NCBI RefSeq assembly: GCF_016432865.1
Contig: NC_067403.1
Span: 254,076,001-254,140,000, forward strand
Reading direction: 5' to 3'
Source: Antechinus flavipes
Taxonomy: Eukaryota
DNA length: 64,000 nt
In this document: piece after piece, positions 45,401 to 58,150 of the stretch
Layout: each line of letters starts with the position of its first letter
How positions within the stretch are numbered: the stretch's first letter is position 1
Made by a program: the position numbers and the translations under genes
The notes under the pieces: generated by a model
What the model was told of the DNA's origin: nothing
The model's input: only the letters and a program-made list of their open reading frames with translations
Databases searched by the model: none

Positions 45401-47074
45401 CCTCACGGTAAGTTCCCTCCTTCGCTCCCTGGGGGGCAGAGGGGCTCTTTAGTGGTGCCCCCTGTTTGACCCGACCCTCTCCTTGCTGTCCCCAGGACGC
45501 TGCTTCATTCCTGCCTCTGTGGAGTAACTTCACTCATGGCGTCAGTGAGGACAGGTGAGTCCCAGAAACGTCAGGGGAGAAAGTCTGGGTTCCCTGGTGG
45601 CCCCATCTGGGCAGGGGTCCTTGTCTCTGAGAGAAGCGGGCCCCTCCCCCTAACTCGCTCTTCGTTTCTGCCTCTGCCCACCCCCGTCCGCGCAGGGTCT
45701 TCATCGCGGGAACAGAAGCCTCGGATCTCTCGGTGATCGGGAGCCTGCTGAACGATACTGACCTGCTGAGCAGCTCGTACCTGGGGGCCTTTGGGAACAG
45801 GATTTCCTCGGGGAAAGAGCTGAAGGAGCTGGTCACCGACTACCTGGACGCTGCCGGGAGCAAATGGAGCACCTGGACGGTGAGTGACGGAGGCCCCGGG
45901 CCGGACCCTGCCTCAGGGACTCCCGACTAGCACCCGTGGGCCTCCTGGCCATGGAGATGTGGAGGGAGAGCTCGCGGGGTCAGAACTTGGAGCAGATGGA
46001 GGGTAGGGTAATTCAGTACGGGGGCCGCCCCACTTACAGGCATTGGGGACCCCCCAGTGGGCTTGGTGGGGCCTGAAGGGGAGAACAAGGGAGGGCGGCA
46101 AAGGGCTCTTGCCCCCAGTTTACAGATGGAGAAACTGACTCAAGCAGGTCACACAGCCCCTCCGGGATGCTGGAGGGGGAGGTGCATGGGGGGAGGGAGG
46201 GGGCTGTCCTCTGGGTGGCTGACCTGGGAATCTCCTTGCTGCCCCACAGGCCTCTCAGGTCGGCCACTTGACCTCCTACGTGCCTGCCCAGCTCCTGGGC
46301 CTTTACCACCTCTTGCTGTTCACGCTGCCCGGAACCCCCATCTTCAATTACGGGGACGAAATTGGCTTGGCGGTGGCCTTGCTCCCAGGACAGGTAAGGA
46401 CTCCAGAGGCCTCAGGGGGTCTGGGAGGGGAAGGGGAGGCTGCAGAGGCCGTAGAAGGGCAGGGAGGGGGCCGAGCACAGCTGCTCTGGCTGGCCTTGTC
46501 CCCTGTCCCCCACATCATATTTCCTCCCACTTTCAGCCTGCTGAAGCCCCCATGCTTTGGGATGAAAAGACTCTTGGGCCGTACTCATCCATATCCCCCA
46601 ACATGACTGTTCAGGTAACCTTGGGGTTCATGTGGGGGCTGGGAGGAGAGTGAAGGGGGGGCTGGGCTGTGTGAGGGGTGTCCCACCGGGCTCCTCTTCC
46701 TCTCCCGCCAGGGCCAGGACACCCAGCCCGGCTCCCTCCTCTCCCTGTTCCGAGAGCTGAGCGACAAGCGCGGGAAGGAGCGGTCCTTGCTGCACGGGGA
46801 CTTCCTGATCCTGCCCACCCCGAACGAGCTCTTCGCCTACGTGCGGCACTGGGACCAGAACGAGCGCTTCCTCGTCGTGCTCAACCTGGGCCCCGTGAAC
46901 CAGCAGGCCCAGCTGACGGTTTCGGGCGGCAGCCAGAAGCTGGAGCTCCCCGAGAAGGCCGCCCTGGTGCTGAGCACCCAGCGGGGCCCCCAGGAGGGCA
47001 CCATGGTGCCCCTGAGCCAGCTGCCCGTGCTCCCGGGGGAGGGGCTGCTGCTCAGATTCCCCTACGAGGCGTGA
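42473..47074 (+). CDS. SLC3A2: 4F2 heavy chain/CD98hc, 9 core coding exons, 533 aa
   Basis: Exons 42473-42908, 43322-43495, 43945-44039, 45339-45407, 45496-45554, 45696-45879, 46250-46393, 46537-46614, 46712-47074; GT-AG, phases consistent, 1602 nt. Peptides MSQEAEVDMKEVELNELEPEKQPMNAA, KFTGLSKEELLKVAGSPGWVRTRWALLLLFWLGWLGMLAGAVVIIVQAPRC and LLFTLPGTPIFNYGDEIGL. ATTAAA at 47185-47190. Confidence 0.98.
43135..43142 (-). promoter_or_regulatory. C/EBP-ATF (ATF4 amino-acid response) element TGATGCAA in an SLC3A2 intron
   Basis: ttgcatca on +; SLC3A2 is an established ATF4 target. Confidence 0.5.
43619..43757 (-). mobile_element. WSINE1/SINE1-type SINE
   Basis: gctgaggcaattggggttaagtg...gtcctcctgacttcagggctg...gcctagctgcccc. 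Confidence 0.88.
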
Positions 47075-47864
47075 GCCGCGCCCTGTCTGTGTGTCTGACT
47101 GTGTGTGTGTCCGCAGGGCTGAGGTTTGGGGGTTTTTTATTGTGCAAGGTTTTGTGGGAAGAAGTTAGAAGCCTTTAGCTGTGTATTAAAGTGATAGCCA
47201 TGAGCATTTTCTACAGAGCCTCCCTTTTCTTCTGGGGGTCCCTCTTCTGAACGCCAGGAGGCAAGACTGGTTCCCCCCATTTCCCATCCAGGGGCCTCGT
47301 GGTGCTCTGGGTGGGCGTTGTACCCCAAAGGACGCCCGTGTTGGGGGCACGTGGGAAGGATCCTCGTTCCTTCGAGGCTCGGCCCAGGTCCCGATTCCCT
47401 CTGGCCATCTCTGGTAGACAGCCCCGTCCCCTGACCCTGGAACCAAACCTTCCTTCCCTCCAAACCTACCTCCCTTTGCTTCCGGAGTCATCCAGAGATC
47501 CCGCACGGTTCGACTCCCGCGACCCTGTTTTGGTATCTCACCAAGCCCAGCTGCCTCTCCTCGGGCTTTCCTTATGGCACTATCCGGAAGCATTTAAGGC
47601 CCTATGGAGAAATGGGATGGAGTACAAGTACAGGGGCAATGGGGCCCTGGGCCAAAGGCAGCCCTGTGCCCCTTTGTCCAGTTTAACCCTGCCTCGGGCT
47701 GCTCAGCTGTAAAATGGGGACAACAAATCTCCTAGGATTTGAGGAGGAACTGAAAAATGCAGAAACTATGTACACGTACCAGCCCTGAAGGCAGGAGTTC
47801 CTCAGAGTCATTTCAGGGCAGGTGGAGACACCAGCGGCCTGTGGGGCTCCTGAGGAACTTCCCC

Positions 47865-47930
47865 GGGGAGGAGGGGATGCCCTCCAGGGGAGGAGGGGAT
47901 GCCCTCCAGGGGAGGAGGGGATGCCCTCCA
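47865..47930. repeat. Perfect 22-bp x3 tandem repeat
   Basis: ggggaggaggggatgccctcca at 47865, 47887 and 47909. Confidence 0.95.
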
Positions 47931-49009
47931 GGGGGTGGGAGCCGGAATGCTGTAGGAGGGAGATCACCTTCCCAGAAGGCCCAGCGGGGAACCGCCCCTC
48001 CAGCTCCCAGCTCCTAGCTCCAGGAGCCTGCCCTTTATTCCCCTCCCCTGCCCTGTGCAGACACGGGATCTTCCTGGGCTTCCGGCCCCTTCCCAAGGGA
48101 CGAGGGCGCTCTCAGGAACTGTCCATTCCTTCCTTGTTAGGGATCCTCCTGCTTCGGCCCCTTCACTCGCTCCAGTTTCTGTACCGAGGATTAAGCTAAT
48201 GTGTGTTATACACGTCATGTACTAATATAATAATGTTATATACAATTATAAACATTGTGCTATATGGGATCCCGTTATAAGTAGAAGAAAACGATCAATG
48301 ATTAGTCTGACGCGGGCTTTGTATCTTAATGTTTGCGGGGCTGGGAAGGAAAGGATGGGAGAGGGGAGGTATTGGCGGCTGCCAAACGGAGTCCCCAGAG
48401 CCGTTGTCTCCCAGCGTGCACTAGGAGGCCCAGTGGCCTCCACTGGGGTTGCCTTGGGAAGATTCTGAAGCTCCCCCGGCAGGGTGAGGAAGCACCTCGA
48501 ACTCAGCTCCCAGGCACCCAAATTCCCGCAGAGAGCTCCGCTCTGGTGCTCCGGTACCCCGGCCACATCGCCCCTGCCTCGGCCACGTTGTTCAGATTAC
48601 ACTTAGGGACCGGGCACCCACGAGGTGTCAGAAAAGCCTCACGGGGACGCTCTCCAGGACTTCAGCATCGTCTCTGTGACGAGGGGATGTTGCCCAGGAC
48701 TGCCCAGTGGGCCCCATCACGGGCAGAGCCGGGCCGAGTTAGCTCCGAGGCAATGGGGGATGCCCAGAGTTAGAGAATCCGCTGCGGGCGTTCACGGGGA
48801 CTGTGGGTGCCCCAGCCGCGGTCCCGGAGCGTCGCCGCCTTGTATCTGATCAGCCACAGTCAGACCCGCTGTCGCTGGGCTCCAAGGCAGCCGAGCCATT
48901 TTGGGAGGAGAGCCCCCGTCTAAGCTAATGGGAGCCAGGCCTGGGGCTGAGCGCTTCCCTGAGGTCTTCTCCCCTCATGCGGAAGGGAACCCCGGGAGGC
49001 GGGGCCGTC

Positions 49010-49320
49010 TTCATCCCATTTTTACAGGTAGGAGACATTTAAGTGACTTGTCCAAGATCACACAGCCAGGAAGTGCCCGATTTGAACAGTGGATAAAATG
49101 CTGGGTCTGCAGGCAGGAAAATTCATCCTCATGAGTTTAAATCTGGACTCCGTTAACTGAGTGTTACTTAACCCAGATCACTTAACCCTGTTTGCCTCAG
49201 TTTCCTCAGCTGTCGAATGAGCTAGAGGAGAAAATGTCAAATCTAATATCTCGGCTGAGAAAACCCAAATGAAATGCATAGACCCAACTGAACAGCAACA
49301 GCAACAAGAGGAATCCTCCT
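49010..49320. mobile_element. MIR fragment (-) and MAR1-type SINE (+)
   Basis: cccatttttacagg...gacttgtccaagatcacacagc, then cctcagtttcctcagctg...gacccaactgaacagcaacagcaacaa. Confidence 0.65.
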
Positions 49321-51819
49321 GAGTCCAGGCCCAGCATTCTACTCATCTACCACTAAAAACGCTGATGTCCCATGTCCTCCACAAGATGACTCCAAGCTCC
49401 TTTTCTTATCTCAAAATCTCCCCCCTCACGGAGCCCTCAGCTGCATGACTCTCCAGCCATCCCGGCTTCCCCCTCTCCCCTTGTTCCCCAAACTCTTCCT
49501 AAGGTTTTGCGCACATTTCCCTAGTTTTGGCAAAGAACGCCATCGTGAACTCCTCACCCCGCCTCGGCCTTGTATTTCAAACTAGGAGCTCCTACCTGTA
49601 AAAATGGGCATGACGACAGCCCCGCCTCCCAGGGTTCCCTTCCTCATGAGGGGAGAGGACCTAGGGAAGCGCTCAGCCCCAGGCCTGGCTCATTAGCTTA
49701 GACGCGAGCAAATTCCAGGCAGTGACTTTCTGTCCCCTTGCCCAGAGCACACTGAGCAAATCTTTACCCAGAGGTTCCGTCCTAATTTAGCTAAATGTGA
49801 GAGGAGAAGATCCTCGGGGTTTCTGACCAAAACAGAAAAAAAAAAAATCACTATTTACATTTTTAGATTTTTGATTTTTGACTAGAGGAAAGAGATCGTT
49901 CTTCGCCTCAGTTGTTCCCTAGCCTTCATCACTGAACGGACGCGGCCTCAAATTGAGATCTCTCAAAGACCTTAGCTTAAAAGACCAAGGTTTCCCACTG
50001 CCTCCAGTAGTCCGGATCTATATCTGGCCACTGGCTCTAGATGACTCCAGAGGAAAGAGTGAGGCTGGTGACTTTGCCCAGCCGGCCTCCATTTAAGTCC
50101 TATCACCTCCCTGCCATCATGGTCCTCTTCAGAGGACAAACCTAAATAACCCTCTTCAGACCGAAGGGAGAAAAGTGGAAAAAAGCTCAGCTATAATCTC
50201 CGGCACAGCCTGATCCCGACGTTATTTCAAGGGTTCTCAAGTTCTGTGGGCCCCTTCTCGGAACAATTGTTTTTAATACATAAAATATAAAGGAGAACAG
50301 AGGTAACCAATTATACTGAAATGCAGCTGTCCAAATATTTTTCCAAAGCAAACAAACAGCCCCTGGGTTGTGAACGTCTGCTCATTGGAGAGTTTCTTCG
50401 CTTTTATGTGACTTGTTATTCCTATTTTCTATTACTAATGATGGGGTTTAAGCCTTGAAGTGGGTGGCTTGAGATGGGGAGCAGAAAACTGGCCCGTGGA
50501 GGAGATTTTCCTGATTCTGCTCCGAGGGGTTGATGAAAGAGGTCGTTTTCATATTGGGTGGTTCTAAAAAATCCCTGCTCACTTTCACCGAGTGGGTGAC
50601 CCAGGAAGGGGACCTCACGGGAGCAGGAAGTGGGGAGAATGGGTCCGGTTGTCCGGGCGATTATCTCCCAAAGGACCGGCTAATTCCCCTCATAGGTAGA
50701 AATGAAGTACTCGGGCTGGTTGCTTCCAGTTCAAAATTGGGGAACCCAAAGCCTTCCTTTCTTTCAAAAGCCATCTGAAGGCATCTCCTCCTTCCTCAGA
50801 CTCCCCCCAACGTCTTTATCTGAGTATCTTTGCCCCTTTCACATTCTGGGTCACATGTTGATTGGGTTCTTATGCTGTAGCAAGGATCCGGGACACCCAG
50901 AACATTAGAATTAGAGAGAACCAAAGTGATGTAATAGGACTCTGTGTTCCCTTGATCTTTGAGGGGATAGGCTTAGGTTAGAAAAAGCCCGGATCTCAAC
51001 CCCTCCTGGCCTCTGGGAAAATTCCTAACATGATCCCCACCCTCCTACCAGGTTCCCATGGGAAACTCCCACTTCCAATTGATCTGGGAATCAGATTGAC
51101 CTGGGAAACAATTACCATCCTTTATGGATTTGGAAATCATTCCCTCCAATCGCTCCCTATCCCCAAGCAAAAGAAAGCTAAATAAAATCAAAATTCTGTG
51201 CCCCAATCTTGGCCATCTTCCTCATCAGGAAGGAGCCTACGGACAGAAAGTGAAAATAAACTCATTTTTGTCAAACCTCGCTGGAGACTGGGATTGCGAA
51301 TTCTCACTCCTATCTATCTATATATATCCTATAGATTTAGGGACTTGCCTCCCACCCTGCGATGTTAAGGGACTTGTCCATGGTCATATAGTTAGAATGT
51401 ATCCAAGGTGAGACTCAAATCCAGACCTTCTAGACTCCCGTGCTGGGCTGCTGCTCTGCTGAACGGCCATCCTCTGTTTACTATCCAGACCATGACGGAC
51501 GACCGTCCATCTTGCCCTTGGACCGAGAGGGAAGAGGGGGAAGAGCTCCCACTGGGGAGGCGACCCTTGAATGTTTGAGCTCCCCCGCCCAAAGACGCAT
51601 CCTTTTAATGCCGGAGTTCTCTGTACAGAGACACATGCTGTGAATCTCCGGACATCTCAGTCTCTGAGGAATCTATTTCGGTGACTCAAAGGGCATGGAG
51701 AGGTGCATGACTGGGTGCAGAGGCTCTCCAAGGATGAATGTTATTCAAGAAATCCTATCGGGGATACCATTAGGGAACCACGTGATCAGAAAACGGAGGC
51801 TGCCCTTAGGCAATCACTA

Positions 51820-52800
51820 AGGGACATTTATTAAGCACCTACTATTTACCGGACACTGTGCTAGCTACTGGGGATGCAAAGAAAAATGAAGCAGCTCCTG
51901 GCTTCCTTATGTTTTAACCGGGGAGGCAGTTTTTATACTTGTGATCACACGGTGCCCCAAAAGTCATAGAGGTGTTTAAAGCTTTGACTTATGGGACCTC
52001 CCGTGTACACTAGAAAACTTTGTCTGGAACGTGCGGGCGCTGGAGCGAGACTAAGAAAGACCTCGTTTAGGAAGCATCATGGGAGCTGAGCTTTGATTCT
52101 GAGAAGCAGAGGCAGGAGGGAGAGCGTGTCGGGCCAGTTGGACGGCCCAGGGAGGAAGGCCCCGAAGCTGGTTTGGTTGGACTACAGGGCGTGGCGGTGA
52201 ACGGTGGCAAATACGTCTGGAAAGGTAGGTTGCAAAAGACTCTCAATTCTGGTTTCTATTTAGTGCCAGCCGGGAGAGGGGGCTCCTGGAGTCTGTGCAG
52301 TGGGCCGGGAGGGAGAGAGGAAAACACCACTGAGGAAACTCGTGTTGGCTGCCGAGTGGAGAACAGATTAGAGGGAATGGATGGAGACAGGGAGGCCGTA
52401 GAGGAGGTGGGGGCGATAATCCTGGAGAAAGGTGGAAAGGACCTGGCTAGGAGCGGGGAGGGTTGTTCTGGTGGAGAGAAGGTCGTCATGCAAGAATCGA
52501 AAAGGTTTGCCAACTGACTGGGTACATGAAGGGAGGAGAGTACGGTGCCAGGGATGGCAATGAGGTCGTGAACCGGGAAGGGAGTGTCGGTGGGGGGCAA
52601 GGGAGGGGAACGGGAGGGATGGGAAGCATGGAGTGACCTGAACAGAAACAGGTTACATCAGCCCGGCAGAAAGCCACGGTGAGGAGGCTCATGACCAGCA
52701 GAGGGCACCCACAGCCTGGTGAACGTCAGGAGTGAGTGGCAGGCGGTGGCCGGGCCAGGGCTGCTCCGTCCCATGGGAAGGATGGCCAGCAGCTCGGCCT
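51820..52800 (-). mobile_element. L2 fragment
   Basis: catttattaagcacctactatttaccggacactgtgctag (reverse complement of the L2 3' end) and further L2-like body. Confidence 0.7.
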
Positions 52801-53216
52801 GGCAGTGTTGTGAGGCTGTGTTGGCGCACCCGTGGGAGGGGGCACTTGGGGAAGGGAGGGGTCAGCCCATGACCTTTGGGAAGGAGGAATGGGAACTCTG
52901 AGCTTCTCCCTAAAGGGATGGGGAAGTCAGGGCAGCACCCAGTCGGGAAAGGCAAAAGGAGAGAAAAACTTGGGGCCGGGACGTCCCGGAGCATCTGCTC
53001 CTGCTGGGCCCATGGTCATTCTACGGAAGGTAACGCATCCGGCTGAATTAGGTCACCTGACTGCTCTCAGGTTTGTTTCTCGTCTCGAATCACACTACTG
53101 TTTGTGGTATTGTTAGGCTTCTCCATTTTTTATGTTATGAACATTGGCAAACTTGTATTAGCGATTTCAAACAACTTTTTATATGAAAGATGAATTTTTA
53201 AAAATTAAAAGAAGGA

Positions 53217-53368
53217 GGGGCAGCTAGGTGGTGCAGTGGGTAGAGCACCAGCCCCGAAGTCAGGAGGACCCAAGTTCAAAGGTGACCTCAGACACTTAAC
53301 ACTTCCTAGCTCTGTGACCCTGCACAAGTCACCTAACCCCAACTGCCTCAAAACAAAATGAAAAAAAA
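53217..53368 (+). mobile_element. WSINE1/SINE1-type SINE, near full length
   Basis: ggggcagctaggtggtgcagtgggtagagcaccagccccgaagtcaggaggacc...aaccccaactgcctc plus an A tail. Confidence 0.92.
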
Positions 53369-54147
53369 CCTTTATTTTATTTGGAAAAAAAAACAGAAAA
53401 GGAATTAAAAAAAAAAAAAGCACAACAAACTAGAACATTGTCATGTGCCCTGCAGAACATTGGGGAGGATTCAAAAGCTATAACAACAAATTACCAGATC
53501 AAGAAAGTATATATGTTAATAGAAAGCGTTACATTAATGAATATCCATTTTGAGGTTGTTAACTAGGTTATTTGGGATTATTATCATAATGTTAAAACCT
53601 AAAATTGGTCATTAATTACTTGTGTGAGAAAAGATACAAAGAAAAGACCTTGTAGATTCTCTGTATTTTGTAAATTTGCCACTTCCCTGGAAATCATCAG
53701 TGTGGACAAGGCCACCAGCTCTGGGGAAAAGAGCTTGTTTGGGTTAGATGTTTCTAAACAACTGGCTTACCGAGTGTTTACAAGTGTTTGAACAATATAG
53801 AAGTGTTTCTAATGATTGATTTTTACGCCAGGATGTGTGGGTTTAAACTTAAGAAGAAAAGAAAAGCAAGTGAAGAACGCTAAGTGAAATCTCTTGTTAC
53901 GTTTGCATCCTGCTAAACATTTATTTCTCGTTGCAACTCCATGAGAGGAAAAATAACTATCGTAGGGTCCTAAAAGTTGAGACTGGTGAAACTTGCCATT
54001 TGGGGTAAAAGTTCTTCAAACTCTAATTGATATTGTTTTGAGTTTTGAATTCAGGTATCGTTAATGGATGGATCATTAAGTTAGTAATCCACCATTAGAA
54101 AGACATGTCATAAAAAGGGGAAAAGGCCCCACATGTGCAAAAATGTT

Positions 54148-54330
54148 TTTTTTTTTATTTTTTTAATATTTTATTTTATTTTATAATAACTTTATATTGA
54201 CAGAATCCGTGCCAGGGTAATTTTTTTTTACAACATTATCCCTTGCACTCGCTTCTGTTCTGATTTTTCCCCTCCCTCCCTCCACCCCCTCCCCCAGATG
54301 GCAAGCAGTCCTATATATGGTAGATATGTT
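54148..54330 (-). mobile_element. 5'-truncated L1 stub with a 13-bp TSD
   Basis: TSD gtgcaaaaatgtt at 54135-54147 and 54331-54343; T-rich tail and L1 3'-UTR text. Confidence 0.85.
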
Positions 54331-54632
54331 GTGCAAAAATGTTGATGGCAGCCATTTTTGTAGTGTCAAGACAATGGAAACTGAGTGGCTGCCCATCAGT
54401 TGGGGAATGGCTGAATAAATTGTGGTATATGAATGTTACGGAATATTATTGTTCGGCAAGAAATGACCAGCAGGAGGATTTCAGAGAGGCCTGGAGAGAC
54501 GGACAGGAACTGATGCTGAGGGAAGTGAGTAAAACCAACAGATCACTGTATACAGCAACGGCAAGATTGTATAGATGATCAATTCTGATGGACATGGCTC
54601 TTTGCAACATTGAGATGATTCAGGCCATTTCT

Positions 54633-54989
54633 TGTTGTGTTCTGGTTGGTTTTTTGGAGGTTTCTGGACCAGCCTTTGTTTCAGCAGAGTAATTACCACG
54701 AGAATATCCAGGGATAAAGTCCAAATTCTTTATTGTCTCCTTGCCTGGGGCTGGGCCTGCTTTCTGGAGGTCCTCCTGAATGTGTCTTGGTTTCTGTGGG
54801 GGAGGCAGGAGGGCTACCATGACGGTCTCTGTCTTGAAGTCTGTCTCAGCTTGTGCTCCAGCCTCCAGTTGTGGGAGATGGGATGGAATGTCTCTCCTTG
54901 GCTCTGAGAGCTTGATCTCCCGCCTCCGGTCCTCTGTCTTCCCCGAGTTTGTCTCTGAGCCCTTCTCTGTCTCTCTATTTCTGTCTCTG

Positions 54990-55020
<31 letters not shown>

Positions 55021-55240
55021 TTCTCTCTCTGGCTGAGTTTGTCCCAGTTTATAAGCAATATACTGAGTATAAGCCAATCATTATACCACTAGGGAACCAT
55101 TATTTGTTGTAAGATTAAATGAATCATACTGAACTAGAGAACTACTAAGCACCATGCTAAATGAGATAACCATTGTCTCATCATTTCCACTGACTTAACA
55201 CCTTGTAAGAATCCTTGTTTCAGAGTTCTGGCCCATAACA
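54633..55240 (-). mobile_element. Solo ERV LTR with a 6-bp TSD
   Basis: TG...CA ends, TSD atttct at 54627-54632 and 55241-55246, minus-strand AATAAA near 54730, internal (CTCTGT)n tract. Confidence 0.88.
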
Positions 55241-57929
55241 ATTTCTAATACACTTATGCCGGAGAGAGCCATCTGCACCCAGAGAGAGAATATGGGGAAT
55301 AAACGTGAATCACAACATAGCATTTTCACCATTTTTGTTGTTTGCTCATTTTTTGTTTTGTTTTCTTTCTCATTTTTTTCCCTTTTTGATCTGATTTTTC
55401 TTATGCAACAAGATAATTGTGGAAACGTGGAGAATTGCACATGTAATTGGGTTATTTGATGTCTAAGGGAGGGATGGGGGAAATAAGGGAGAAAAAAGTT
55501 TAGAACACAAGGTTTTACAAGGGTGAATGTTGAAAACTGTCTATGTATATGTTTTGAAAATAAAAAGCTAAAAAAAAGAGAAGATTCTCACAAAGTGAAA
55601 ACAACTGGTAAATGTAGATAACATGAAAACAAAACCTAAAAATTAAAAATTAAAAAAAGAAAAAAAAGAAAGACTTGCCATAAGCTTCTCAGCGGGCCGG
55701 TGATACTGAATGTCACAGGTGGAAGTCTGTATCTGAGCAAAAGCCGAGAAGACAATCCTGGTACGGCTAAAGGTAAGATTCTCTTCTTTCCCCCACTGTG
55801 TTACTTCCTTTTGAAAGGGAATGGTTCCCACCTGGCTATTCCTGAGTCTGGCTATGAGGTGGAATTTATGGTGTCGACTCAGACTTGGAGTTGAATGGAA
55901 TTATATATATGCTATATATGAGCCAGTTTGAAGAAGTCAGTAGATTAGGATACCCAGAAGATTAGAGAGAGAGGGGAATGAATGATGCAGGGGCAGTCGG
56001 CCAAAGGGGATAGGAGGAGGGCAAGAATGAAGTGGTAGAAATGGGTTTTAGTCCATTCTGATGCATCCTGCCTGTGGGTCCTTGGACAGGTCAGTAACCT
56101 GCTCTGTGCCTCGGTTTCCATTTCTGTGAAATGAGAGATTCTGAAGTCTATGATGAGATCATATTGAAAGAGCAGAATATCGTATCTGTATATATTATGT
56201 ATAATAATAAATTTATATTAAGCTTCTAAGGATAAATATGTATGCATATATATATGTATGTATATATAAATATAAAATACACATACGTACTTACATATAT
56301 ATCTACATATATATATATATATATATTCCCTGGAAGCTTAATCTGTCTGTTGAATGGGAGCTCTCCAATTGTCCAATTGTGAAGATGAGTCCTTTGCGTG
56401 ACTAGTGTCCGGCAGAGGGCCTTCCTTGCAGGTCAGCGGGCCCCCACAAATGCTTGGTGGTTAGCTAACAATCACCCTTTTTAGGCCTCCTGCTCCTGGG
56501 ATCCCTTTCCCTGGGTCTTTTGCCCAAGGAAGCAGAGGACCCAAAGGTCTTCTCCTTCTGCCCAGCTCTGGAGCCTCAGGGAGTTCAGGGTGGCAGGTTC
56601 TAGAGCAGGAAGAGACCCTGGACAGGTTTCTAGATAGACGGTATCCCGGGCCCCTGGGTGGAGACTGTGGCCATCAAGGTGGCCCATTCCTCCTGGCGGA
56701 GACTCCTCCCAGAAGGCCTTTCATCCTGCCATTCTCCAGACTGAGGAGGTCCTGATGTTTCAGGAGGTTTCAGCTTAATCTGCTCTAACTGAGCCCCTCC
56801 AACTTTTATTTGAAGTCCCTGCAAACTTTGTAAGGCCATTCAGCAGAGGTTTGCCTGCTGATTCTGCCCAGAGCCAGCAGATGGGAGTAGTGAGTCAGCA
56901 ACACCTTTACGCAGGTGTGAGTGAGTGTGTGTGTGTGTGTGTGAGTGTGTTTGGTGTAAAGGGGAGGAGCTCCGCCCCATCCCCCACTGCTCCCAGGGGG
57001 CAGCCGTCACCATCAAGGATTTGCCCCATGTCTCCAAGACGTCAAGACAATGTTCCTTGTTTTCCCTCGCTTCCTGCTCAGCCATGAAGAGACCTGTTGT
57101 TTCTCTGGCCAAGAATGTTCTCCCCCAGGCCTCCTGCTCCAGCCCAGGAGGGAGGGATGTTTTGGGTGGGCTGATGCCATCTTTCCCATTGGCTTTGCCT
57201 TCCTCGCTTCTCCCGGCCGCCCGGATGCTCCTTCCTCCGTCCCTGCCCCCATCCCTGCCCACGGCCGCTGGCCCCAGGAGAGCCTGTACCTCAGTTTCCC
57301 TGTTGGCCAGAGTAACCAGATCTCCATTCTCACCTCCTTGGCGAAGCATTGTGGGAGTTCTCCGACCTCTCCCTTTTCCGAAAGCATTCAGGACGGGCAG
57401 GGAGAAATCACGGGTTCCAGTCTGTGCCTCGGTTGGTATACCCACTCCGGACTTCCACACCTGCTTTTCCCAGGGCCTCCAAGTGATCTGCCTTAATCGG
57501 CGCCTTTATGGAGGAAGGGGCTGTCGAGGTCATGGGGGGTGGGCTCAGGGCGGGGCGTGGGCTCAGGAGGAGCCCCGGTGGGTCCCATTTGCCCCTTCTC
57601 ACATTTACTAGTTGGGAGGCGATGGCGTGATGAACCACCTGGCTTCTGGGGCCTTAGTTTTCTCCTCTGTAAAGTTGGGCTCACAGAATTAGGGCCGGGA
57701 ACCCCACCCTCCCAGGGGTGTTCTGAGGCTCAGACGAGCCGGGACCTGATCATCCTCTGATTCTCTTGTCCAGCCCTCGCTCTTTCTCATTGCCCTTGAC
57801 TGTGAGCATCGAGGGGGAGAAGCCAGAGTCCAGGTGCCCACATGGTGGGCTTTGGGCCTTGGAATTACAGACGGGCAGGCTGGGGCATAGTTTTATCTCA
57901 TATAGGCTATGTTAAGCGGCCTAGACCCC

Positions 57930-58150
57930 ACTTGGAGTCAGAAGGCTCGAGTTCAAATCCAGCTTCTGATACTTACTAGCTGTATACTCCTTAGTTATAT
58001 CTGCCTCAGTTTCTTCATCTGTAAAATGAGATTAAAAAATAGCACCCCCTTCAGGATCAAATGAGACCATATTTGTAAAGTTTTTTTTTTTTTTTTTTTT
58101 GCTGAGACAATTGGGGTTAAATGACTTGCCCGGGGTCACACAGGTAAAGT
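57930..58150. mobile_element. MIR (+) with an adjacent partial WSINE1 (-)
   Basis: gagttcaaatccagcttctgatacttactagctgt...cctcagtttcttcatctgtaaaatg; then a T-tail and gctgagacaattggggttaaatgacttgccc. Confidence 0.75.

Larger units (their letters stand above)
54070..55580 (+). mobile_element. L1 3' end carrying two nested insertions
   Basis: L1 text at 54070-54147, 54344-54632 and 55247-55580, interrupted by an antisense L1 stub and a solo LTR. Confidence 0.85.

Noticed and set aside
50390-51330. Possible ERV/LTR fragments (also 29700-30575 and 53440-54060)
   Set aside because: TE-like appearance, but I could not define ends, TSDs or family by eye.
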